Part shown: positions 38,731 to 46,213 of the stretch, piece after piece
How positions within the stretch are numbered: the stretch's first letter is position 1
Layout: each line of letters opens with the position of its first letter
Source: a virus
Lineage: Duplodnaviria > Caudoviricetes
DNA length: 59,435 bases
Virus record (IMG/VR): IMGVR_UViG_3300020401_000018
Coordinates: 1 to 59,435 of that record
Direction: 5' to 3' (one strand)
Position numbers and translations under genes: made by a program
Notes under the pieces: model-generated
What the model saw: only the letters and a program-made list of their open reading frames with translations
What the model was told of the DNA's origin: nothing
Databases searched by the model: none

Positions 38731-40290
38731 TTAATAATAAGCTCGGTGCTCCCTATTATAAACTCGTTTTTCGACTTTGTCAAGCCATGTATCATCTCCG
38801 TGAGTTAGATAACCCCCGTTACGTACCCATAATAAAGCTTGTGTTAGTGTATCCATATAGTCATCATGTGTTGCAGTTGGAAAAGCTCTGGACTCTTCCA
38901 TAACTTCTTTTGCCCAAACCTTACTAAAGGGGGCATGAATTCTGCCGTTATGAAATAAAGAGGTGATAGCATACGCTCTTGCAACTTTATCTCTGTCAGG
39001 TTGATATTCAAATATAGGTATGCCCGTCATTCTTAGGTCTTGAATTAAAGATTGTCCTGAAGCTTTCTTCTCTATAATAACTGAATCAGGATTATAGTCA
39101 TTATACTTTTCAACAACCTTTGATCTTAACGTAGGAAAGTCCCATCTGCCTCGTTCTGCCCCCAGCAATATTAAATTAGGCATGTCAAGTCCTGATTTAT
39201 AGATGCCCCATGTAGTTACCGCTGAATAATCTGCAGTTGTTCTGGTAGAAAACGCAGTATCCCAAGATTGTATAATGTAATCACACTCAGGTGGTTGCAT
39301 ATTGTCCCAATCTTGCCACCATTCTGCTTTTATTACGTTACCTTCCTCTGCTGTAGGTGCTTGTCCGTACAATGCATCGAATTTAAACCCAGGTGTGTTG
39401 TTTTTTGTACGTATTATCTCTTCAGTTGTCCAGCAAAAACCTTCTTTGCGGTCAGATGCAGGCCAAAATGACTCACCAATCTTTAATACTGGGTAATCTT
39501 CCGTTAAATATCCTTGTTTTATAAGCTGTTCTCTAGCTTTATTTAAAATTTCTGCAGATTCTGTGGTATTTAGGGCAGGAATTCGTACAACAGACCACTT
39601 ATCTGCCATAACTCCGCTGTCTTCTGCCTTTAATAAGTGCCCTGCTAAGTCATTTTCATGCCATCTAGTCATAACTAGTACAATTTTACCACCAGGCATG
39701 AGTCTTGTACGCAAACCAGAAGCATACCAGTTGTTTAAATGTGTTCTTCTAGACTTTGAATAAGCATCTTGCTCAGATATTGGGTCATCTATGATGGCTA
39801 AGTGAGCACCAAAACCAGCGATACCTGATCCAGATCCCGCTGCAAGAAAAGATCCTGCTTGTTTCTTTTTATGTTCTAGTGCCCAACTGTTTGCCGAGCG
39901 ATTATCTTTACGAATTAATACATTTGGAAATATAGATTGATAGGCAGGAGAGTATATAATATCTCTTATAGCTCTACCAAAACGAGTTGCAAGGTCATCA
40001 CTATGTGATACAGCAATTTCTTGCCAAAAAGGATTTCGACCTAAAGCCCATGCAGGAAAATATGTAGATGTAATTAAAGATTTAGAAGAACGTGGAGAAA
40101 TAAAAACCATCAAACGATCTATTTCATTTTTTTCTAAACGCATTAACTCATCACACAAAACTCTGTGGTGTGGTCCAACACTAAAGCTAGGATTCATAAG
40201 CATAACAAATGCTAAAAAATCTTCACGAGCTTGTACGATTGCTAACCTTGTAGCTGCATCTCTGATTTCTTTATTCTGTGACATAAGCAT
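38731..40290 (-). CDS. terL: Terminase large subunit
   Basis: SPRSSKS Walker A; IIDDP Walker B; SWDTA...DYSA; HDDYMD nuclease motifs. Confidence 0.95.
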   Translation of the reverse strand: MLMSQNKEIRDAATRLAIVQAREDFLAFVMLMNPSFSVGPHHRVLCDELMRLEKNEIDRLMVFISPRSSKSLITSTYFPAWALGRNPFWQEIAVSHSDDLATRFGRAIRDIIYSPAYQSIFPNVLIRKDNRSANSWALEHKKKQAGSFLAAGSGSGIAGFGAHLAIIDDPISEQDAYSKSRRTHLNNWYASGLRTRLMPGGKIVLVMTRWHENDLAGHLLKAEDSGVMADKWSVVRIPALNTTESAEILNKAREQLIKQGYLTEDYPVLKIGESFWPASDRKEGFCWTTEEIIRTKNNTPGFKFDALYGQAPTAEEGNVIKAEWWQDWDNMQPPECDYIIQSWDTAFSTRTTADYSAVTTWGIYKSGLDMPNLILLGAERGRWDFPTLRSKVVEKYNDYNPDSVIIEKKASGQSLIQDLRMTGIPIFEYQPDRDKVARAYAITSLFHNGRIHAPFSKVWAKEVMEESRAFPTATHDDYMDTLTQALLWVRNGGYLTHGDDTWLDKVEKRVYNREHRAYY

Positions 40291-40384
40291 TTAATCCCCA
40301 TAATACCAATTGACGTGCAATATCTTTAGGTGGATTGGCAGGATCGTATGCTTTTATTTGTGGTAGTAAAATTCTTCCCTTCAT
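40271..40384 (-). CDS. Small hypothetical protein (37 aa, not in ORF track)
   Basis: GGAG SD; MKGRILLPQIKAYDP. Confidence 0.5.
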   Translation of the reverse strand: MKGRILLPQIKAYDPANPPKDIARQLVLWGLNAYVTE

Positions 40385-40392
40385 CGTATCTC

Positions 40393-40653
40393 CTATACTT
40401 TGTAATCAGTTGTTCCTGAATAACCCACTCCCATTTTTTTCATATCTTTTGCAAACTTTTTATTAAGTTTTTTTAAAGTACTCTCATGTACTTTACTTGT
40501 CAACACTTTAGTTTCTACAGGCTTTGGTGTTCCCGCATCTACTTTTTTCTTTCTTCTAACACTTGGAATATCTATATTACCTTTGGATGCACCAGTGTGC
40601 CCCCGCATCAAACCTTCAATCTGCTTTAAATATTTTTCACTTTCTGTTGCCAT
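40393..40653 (-). CDS. Small basic protein ending GVGYSGTTDYKV
   Basis: ATG 40653 after AAGGA. Confidence 0.7.
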   Translation of the reverse strand: MATESEKYLKQIEGLMRGHTGASKGNIDIPSVRRKKKVDAGTPKPVETKVLTSKVHESTLKKLNKKFAKDMKKMGVGYSGTTDYKV

Positions 40654-40762
40654 CTTTTTCCTTTTTTGGTTTTCCCGTTTTAGGATCACACCCTACGCTT
40701 TGCCAAAACTCATCTAGAGCATTGGAAGATTCTTTAGGGGGTGGGGGTTTACGTTTAGCCAA
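40637..40762 (-). CDS. Small basic protein (41 aa, TTG start, not in ORF track)
   Basis: MAKRKPPPPKESSNALDEFW; fills gap in operon. Confidence 0.45.
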   Translation of the reverse strand: MAKRKPPPPKESSNALDEFWQSVGCDPKTGKPKKEKDGNRK

Positions 40763-40768
40763 ATACGT

Positions 40769-40936
40769 TTATTGTTTGTAATCTTCTGTCCCAGAATATC
40801 CTGCACCAGATTGTTTAGATTCAATTATCTTTCTTTTTAAATCAGGTGGTAATCTTTTTTGTTTATCGGTCAGAAACTTATCTTCTTTTGGTGTATCTTC
40901 TCCAGAAGTTATGCCGCCTTTTGTTATCTTGCCCAT
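40769..40936 (-). CDS. Small protein ending GAGYSGTEDYKQ (55 aa, not in ORF track)
   Basis: AAGGA SD; C-terminus matches that of 40393-40653. Confidence 0.65.
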   Translation of the reverse strand: MGKITKGGITSGEDTPKEDKFLTDKQKRLPPDLKRKIIESKQSGAGYSGTEDYKQ

Positions 40937-40937
40937 A

Positions 40938-41375
40938 TTATTCCTTCACTATTTTTAATTTAGGTGCAGCAATTTTTTGCAAGCGCTCAATATCTCTAGC
41001 GATATCTTCATCACTATTGCCTGTTGCAAATGCATTTTGTATCTCAGTAATATTTCTATCAGTCCACAACGCTTGATGTTTACCTAAAAGTTCTAAAGAT
41101 CTTATAGCTGCGTTGTAGTCCCCCTCTTGTTCAGTTCTTTCAGCAATTCTAACAAGACGGCGAAGAATGTCATCCGCTTCGATTTTTGTTCGTTTAATTG
41201 ATTCACCTTTTAATTCCGCTATTCTTTCAGAGATCCGAGCCTGACGAAGAAGTGTATAGGCATTCTTCTTCGCATGCTGGGTAGAATAACCCGCACGAAT
41301 TGCAGCCTGCACAGCATTTAAGTCTTTAATAAATTCATTGCAAAAGACTTCTTGTCTTTCGGTCAACTCTTTCAT
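40938..41375 (-). CDS. terS: Terminase small subunit
   Basis: LTERQEVFCNEFIKDLNAVQAAIRAGYS...LELLGKH. Confidence 0.93.
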   Translation of the reverse strand: MKELTERQEVFCNEFIKDLNAVQAAIRAGYSTQHAKKNAYTLLRQARISERIAELKGESIKRTKIEADDILRRLVRIAERTEQEGDYNAAIRSLELLGKHQALWTDRNITEIQNAFATGNSDEDIARDIERLQKIAAPKLKIVKE

Positions 41376-41399
41376 TAGGATCTCCAATTATTTTTTTAG

Positions 41400-41429
41400 A
41401 TTATAGCATAAATGTAGGTTGCAATGCAA
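41400..41429 (-). promoter_or_regulatory. sigma70-type promoter for the packaging operon
   Basis: TTGCAT-18 nt-TATAAT with extended TG. Confidence 0.7.
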
Positions 41430-41701
41430 CCCTGGTTAGTTTATAATTAACTTGTATCATGCAAGTGATACATCTCCTGTACAAGGGGAGGACTCCACAA
41501 GCGTACATAACACACACCACACTCTCTCTCACATTACGCTTCCTCCCCTTTCTCTCCACACAAAGGGGGCACGCCCGACCTTTTAAAAAAAAGTTCAAAA
41601 TTTGCTAAAATTTTTTGAGACGCATATAGTATAGTACTAGCTGTGCGTTTTTTTGGGTGGGGTATTTTTATTTTACCCCCACCCCCCAGACCCCCTGCCA
41701 G

Positions 41702-41718
41702 TTTAGAATGATTCTAAA
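41702..41718. promoter_or_regulatory. Irr box / iron control element (ICE)-like palindrome
   Basis: TTTAGAA-TGA-TTCTAAA, exact match to TTTAGAA-N3-TTCTAAA. Confidence 0.7.
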
Positions 41719-41750
41719 CTAGAGCTTGGTCAGGGTTGCCAGACCTATGA

Positions 41751-41765
41751 GAACAAAAGGTGAAC
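41751..41765. promoter_or_regulatory. Alphaproteobacterial LexA (SOS) box
   Basis: GAAC-AAAAGGT-GAAC = GAAC-N7-GAAC. Confidence 0.6.
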
Positions 41766-41830
41766 GAATTAAGGCAAGCAGGACGCTGGAACGTAAGGAA
41801 TTGCCTGCCAAAATGGCAGTGAATAGTGTA

Positions 41831-41858
41831 TTGACAGGTCTGAAAAAATCTGTATAAT
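41831..41858 (+). promoter_or_regulatory. Early sigma70 promoter
   Basis: TTGACA-16 nt-TATAAT. Confidence 0.85.
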
Positions 41859-41983
41859 GTGAGGTGTTCAAGACCTAGTTATTCCTTGTTGAAAACGGGT
41901 CAGATCGTTGCCAACTTGGCAAGAATTAGTGCTTGAACATTTTTTAAATGTGTGCATAATGTGTGTCAGAAAGTGAGGTTGTT

Positions 41984-42262
41984 ATGCGATCAAGTCAAGT
42001 GTGGAACAGAGTCAATCTGTTTACGGATCGAGGTGATGTCAAGGGTATGCCCAATCATTTCGACCATCAAACTGGTGAATGGGTCAAGTTGCCCAAACCA
42101 AACAAGTCGGAGGGCTACTGGAGAAGCCAAAAAGATATGTACCAAAATTGGAACTATCGTACCGCCTATCAGAAAAGCCTTCTGAAAGCTATGGGCAAGG
42201 CTCGAGGTAAGAACAGAAAAATGCTCATCAATGAGCTAAAAAGACAAGGGGTACAAGTATGA
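41984..42262 (+). CDS. First early gene, basic hypothetical protein
   Basis: GAGG SD before ATG 41984. Confidence 0.7.
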   Translation: MRSSQVWNRVNLFTDRGDVKGMPNHFDHQTGEWVKLPKPNKSEGYWRSQKDMYQNWNYRTAYQKSLLKAMGKARGKNRKMLINELKRQGVQV

Positions 42263-42399
42263 GAGATCCAAACGAGAACCCTTTTGCAGAGAAAATATCT
42301 TGTAATATTGATTCAGATTTTGACCATTTTGATACTGATGACCTTCAAGATATAACTAACACCGATAACAGTCATTATACAATAGAAAGCGAGGAATAA
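42259..42399 (+). CDS. Small highly acidic protein (46 aa, not in ORF track)
   Basis: ATGA/TAATG coupling; 14 D/E versus 2 K/R. Confidence 0.6.
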   Translation: MRDPNENPFAEKISCNIDSDFDHFDTDDLQDITNTDNSHYTIESEE

Positions 42400-42617
42400 T
42401 GATTTATAATAATTATGACAGAAATGATTTAATTAAAATCATAGTTAAAAGAAATGATGAAAATTATAAGTCTTTATTTAATCATTGTTTTGAACTTTTG
42501 GAATCTATCGTTGGGAAAGAACAACAAAAAAATAATTATGATTATGACGAGTGTTTTGCTGATTTTAATGATTGCGTAAATCAAGCGGAGTGGACTTCAG
42601 AATTAATAAAAAAATAA
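42399..42617 (+). CDS. Hypothetical early protein
   Basis: GAGG SD. Confidence 0.7.
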   Translation: MIYNNYDRNDLIKIIVKRNDENYKSLFNHCFELLESIVGKEQQKNNYDYDECFADFNDCVNQAEWTSELIKK

Positions 42618-42702
42618 CTTGACAGAAAGCACGATATACTGTATGTGTGTCGTGTTTCCTATCAAGTCGGTAGGGTTAATTAAATAAATAAAAGAGGTGT
42701 TT

Positions 42703-44151
42703 ATGTTTAAATTAGACTATATATACTTCAGACGATTATTTAATAAATTGTGGAAAAAAGAAATATTTTACAATCAGTTTTCTGATAAATATTATTTTTC
42801 TGCATATATTAAATCGTATGTAAATGATAATAATACCCATCTTGATTATTACAAAGATGATGTTATGGGTCATTTCAGAACATACAATCAAGCTGAAGAA
42901 TTTTTTGATGAATTAAGGTCATTAAAAAATAAGATGTATCGTTTGTTAGTTGCAAAAAATGTTTTCGTAGGTGACTTTGGTATGGAGTATGTTCCATCTG
43001 ATGCTCCACTATGTAAACTATATCGAGCAGTTGACGATCTTGTTGATTATTTCAATGACAACAAATTTGAATTCTACAATCTTGCAGAATGTTCGTGTTG
43101 TGGCGAGGTTTGTGGATATGATGATACATTCTCAGCTTACAATGGAGATGAAACCGTAGGCGAGTGTTGTCAAGGCCAATACAGCTATTGTGATGAAGCC
43201 GATACCTATTTCAGAGATGATGACTATGAATCTTGGGAACAATACCAAGAACCATCTGACGAGGATTATGATTCAGGTTTTGAGGGTGTATATCGGTACG
43301 ATTGTGACCCATTGGATTATTTATACTTCATGCATACTAAATCAGAATCGTCCATACCCCGTCATAAACAAAGATGGTCAGGGCTTGAGATAGAGATGGA
43401 GGCTACGAGCAGATGTCCTGAAGATTTACCATTACAGATACGCAATGTTTTTAAGGATAATTATTGTATCTTCAAAAGTGATGGGTCGTTAAGTCATGGG
43501 TTCGAGCTAGTGTCTGCCCCTTGCACCTTAGCATACCACCGAGAACGAATTGAAGAATTATTTGATTCAGGTGTATTGCGTGATGATGAAGGCAAGGCAT
43601 TTGTCAGGGGTTGGAATACTGATACCGCAGGTATGCACATACATCTTGATCGTAAAATGTTATCATCAGTACAAGTTGGTAAACTGTTAGTGTTTATCAA
43701 TAATGAATTTAACAGATCATTTATTGAGAAAATTGCTGGTCGTTCAGAGACTTTCTACGAGGATTCTGACTGTACTTCCTACGCAGTTATGCGTAAGAAG
43801 AAAATCACAGATGGTGGTCAACGCAATTACAATAAGTATGAAGCGGTCAATCTGGCTCATTCAAGCACAGTTGAATTGAGAATCTTCAGAAGTAATCTGA
43901 CTAAAGATGGAATCATGCGAGCATTGGAGTTTAGCTATGCCCTTGTTGATTTCTTACAACAGAATACCTGCCGAGAATCTGATCAGCATTACAAGGAATT
44001 CTTGAAGTGGTTTAACCGATCACCTCAGAATCGTGCTAGTTATCCATACTTCTATGGTTGGCTAGTTCGTAAAGGTTATCTATCTGGTATACCTTCGAGG
44101 TCTATTACTAGACAATATGACCAAGCGATTGACGCAGTTGTCAATCAATAA
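42703..44151 (+). CDS. Amidoligase (glutamine-synthetase-fold COOH-NH2 ligase) with Cys-rich segment
   Basis: GLEIE, DGSL...FELVS, GMHIH, YEAVN, TVELRIF. Confidence 0.88.
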   Translation: MFKLDYIYFRRLFNKLWKKEIFYNQFSDKYYFSAYIKSYVNDNNTHLDYYKDDVMGHFRTYNQAEEFFDELRSLKNKMYRLLVAKNVFVGDFGMEYVPSDAPLCKLYRAVDDLVDYFNDNKFEFYNLAECSCCGEVCGYDDTFSAYNGDETVGECCQGQYSYCDEADTYFRDDDYESWEQYQEPSDEDYDSGFEGVYRYDCDPLDYLYFMHTKSESSIPRHKQRWSGLEIEMEATSRCPEDLPLQIRNVFKDNYCIFKSDGSLSHGFELVSAPCTLAYHRERIEELFDSGVLRDDEGKAFVRGWNTDTAGMHIHLDRKMLSSVQVGKLLVFINNEFNRSFIEKIAGRSETFYEDSDCTSYAVMRKKKITDGGQRNYNKYEAVNLAHSSTVELRIFRSNLTKDGIMRALEFSYALVDFLQQNTCRESDQHYKEFLKWFNRSPQNRASYPYFYGWLVRKGYLSGIPSRSITRQYDQAIDAVVNQ

Positions 44152-44181
44152 CTTTTAACTTTAGAGAAAGGAAAGTGTGTT

Positions 44182-45051
44182 ATGTGCTTAATTATACAAA
44201 CTGATACACCTAAAAATCTCAATCGAGATTTATTAGAGTGTGCTTACGAAAACAATTCTGATGGCTTTGGACTTATGCTATTCAATCAAGGCAAGGTTCA
44301 TACCCACAAAATTGTACCAAAAACTTTCGCTGATGTAGAAAAAATGTGGAAGTCATACAAGGATATGGACATTCCTATGGCTTTACATTTTAGATTCAAT
44401 ACGCATGGCGAAACTAATCGAGCTATGTCTCACCCATTTCAAGTTCTTAATAAACAAGATCATGGAAGAGATTTATGGCTCATGCATAATGGACCAAACT
44501 TGCCTACACCTATGATTGATAAAGGTAAGTCTGACACCCATCAATTTATCAAGTGGATTATCAAACCACAACTAGCCAACAATCCTAACTTGCTATACAA
44601 TCTTGAATGGCAAGAATCGTTGGGCGAGATGATTGGTACAGATAAGCTAGTGTTCTTAGATGGTAAGACAAAAGAATTTACGATCATCAACTCTGATGAA
44701 GGTAAAGATGTCAAGGGAATTGGGTGGCTATCCAATACCTATTCTATTAGTAGAGGACTTGGGTATAACTATGATGTAGTCAACAATAAGAAATCTGTGA
44801 TTCAATATGGTAAGAAAACTAGCTATGGTGGACTTGCTTGGGACGATTGGCAGTATGGAGATGACGCATACAAATATGATGATATCTATGGTACGGCTTC
44901 TAAACCTGATGAAAATTCATGGTTTAATATCACAGATGAAATGCTTGTGGGGGCAAGTCTCGAGGATATCGAAGATCTGGTTGTCTCGAATCCTCAAGGT
45001 GTAGCCGACTATCTATTTGATCTTTGTGCTTACAGAATGTCAAATAAGTAA
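44182..45051 (+). CDS. Class II (Ntn) glutamine amidotransferase
   Basis: N-terminal Cys (MCLII); NSDGFG; HFRFNTHG; HPF; MHNG; SDT. Confidence 0.9.
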   Translation: MCLIIQTDTPKNLNRDLLECAYENNSDGFGLMLFNQGKVHTHKIVPKTFADVEKMWKSYKDMDIPMALHFRFNTHGETNRAMSHPFQVLNKQDHGRDLWLMHNGPNLPTPMIDKGKSDTHQFIKWIIKPQLANNPNLLYNLEWQESLGEMIGTDKLVFLDGKTKEFTIINSDEGKDVKGIGWLSNTYSISRGLGYNYDVVNNKKSVIQYGKKTSYGGLAWDDWQYGDDAYKYDDIYGTASKPDENSWFNITDEMLVGASLEDIEDLVVSNPQGVADYLFDLCAYRMSNK

Positions 45052-45071
45052 TAGGGTATCGCCCCAAAGCA

Positions 45072-45278
45072 TAACACCGAAAGAACACCGATTGAATACC
45101 GATTGGACACGATCTGTCAAGGGGGGCAGATGTAATGATTAGTATGTATTGTCCAAAGATATATACTATATATTGTAATAATAATATATTAATAATCGTA
45201 TATTATATAGCAGTACAGGGGTGTCATACCCCAAATCGTTGCCATTCGGTAATCACTCGGTGCTTGTTCGGTGATATA
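45072..45278. other. Putative replication origin
   Basis: ACCGA x3 and TCGGT x3, each at 11-bp phase, converging on an AT-rich core. Confidence 0.6.
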
Positions 45279-45292
45279 CGAAAAGAAAACTA

Positions 45293-45320
45293 TTGAAAAA
45301 TATTTTATATATGATATAAT
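45293..45320 (+). promoter_or_regulatory. sigma70-type promoter
   Basis: TTGAAA-16 nt-TATAAT with extended TG. Confidence 0.7.
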
Positions 45321-45325
45321 ACGAA

Positions 45326-45642
45326 ATTGAAAGCGACAGTTAAAGCCTTCGTTGACTTGGTTTATTGACTGACATAATCAACCTCGCCAAGTACATCATT
45401 GGTAAGACAATGTAGTTTTAATTGAGTGTGGCTACTCAATCGCTTTCATGCCACTAGATACATTTGGTCGAGCGAAACAAGTCGTACTCGTACAGGAGAT
45501 AAGAGCCAAAGAGAAGTGGTGTGGCGAAAGTTTATGTATCTATTTTGCCACAAACCTAACTATGTGTGTGCAGTTAGTTTGAATCTTGGGGGCAACAGTA
45601 TTGCCAAGCGAGTTCTCGTTAGCCAATCGTTGTTACCCCACA
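45326..45642 (+). ncRNA. Candidate ~320-nt structured RNA of unknown class
   Basis: Promoter upstream; at least 7 helices including a 9-bp pseudoknot; no credible ORF until 45660. Confidence 0.55.
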
Positions 45643-45659
45643 ATTATGGAGATAAAAGT

Positions 45660-45863
45660 ATGGGAGAAATATGGGGAATGAGTAAAACATTATTTGGAGT
45701 TTACTTTATATTAGGAATTATATGGGCATGGGCATTGATTGCTGTGTTTCATGCTGTGACAGATTCACAGCGTAGTATAGCACAATCAATCGACTTACCT
45801 GAAATAGTTGACACAGTATCAACGATACCTGTTGATGTTTATAAGTTAGAAAGAGAAAACTGA
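45660..45863 (+). CDS. Small membrane protein
   Basis: GGAG SD; hydrophobic helix. Confidence 0.65.
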   Translation: MGEIWGMSKTLFGVYFILGIIWAWALIAVFHAVTDSQRSIAQSIDLPEIVDTVSTIPVDVYKLEREN

Positions 45864-45864
45864 T

Positions 45865-46032
45865 ATGGACAAAACTGCTAATCCAAATATTGTCAAGGTA
45901 GGTTTTTTAATTTCGCAGGAAACCTACGAAGAGATGAAACGAATATGCGAACTAAAAAATATGCAAGAGAATAACTTTGTTGAATTAGCAATAGATGATT
46001 TATGTTTCTTGCACAGAAAGATGGAGGCTTAA
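45865..46032 (+). CDS. Ribbon-helix-helix-like DNA-binding protein (55 aa, not in ORF track)
   Basis: VKVGFLIS strand, ETYEEMKRIC and NNFVELAIDD helices. Confidence 0.55.
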   Translation: MDKTANPNIVKVGFLISQETYEEMKRICELKNMQENNFVELAIDDLCFLHRKMEA

Positions 46033-46033
46033 A

Positions 46034-46213
46034 ATGAGTGGAGTAAAAAATTGGTTGATGGAAATGCAAGAGTATTCACAATACATTTTAGAGGTGCGTG
46101 ATGTACCGACTGCAAGAAAAATGTTTATTGATAAGTATGGGCAATCGCAACTGCATGTCTTTGAAGATGAAGTAGAAAGGGCTTACGATTATGAAAACAC
46201 ATACGCATACTAA
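46034..46213 (+). CDS. Hypothetical protein
   Basis: GGAGG SD; MSGVKNWLMEMQE. Confidence 0.75.
   Translation: MSGVKNWLMEMQEYSQYILEVRDVPTARKMFIDKYGQSQLHVFEDEVERAYDYENTYAY

Noticed and set aside
41436-41451. CtrA box (TTAG-N7-TTAAC)
   Set aside because: One mismatch in an AT-rich genome; too weak alone.
41401-41598. Minus-strand 65-aa ORF
   Set aside because: Low-complexity translation overlapping promoter and palindromes; no SD.
45072-45112. CRISPR or mini-array
   Set aside because: 11-bp tandem units with no spacers; the Cas4-like nuclease belongs to the recombination module.
45163-45178. NrdR box (CTATATATTG)
   Set aside because: Single copy in an almost pure AT tract far from nrdJ; chance is likely.
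45448-45551. Cobalamin riboswitch or HDV-like ribozyme
   Set aside because: Only fragments (GCCACT, CAGGAGA, GGCGAA) match; core motifs and loop lengths do not fit.
45426-45659. N-terminal extension of ORF 45426-45863
   Set aside because: GTG start without SD; a good SD precedes ATG 45660; the region is better explained as structured RNA.
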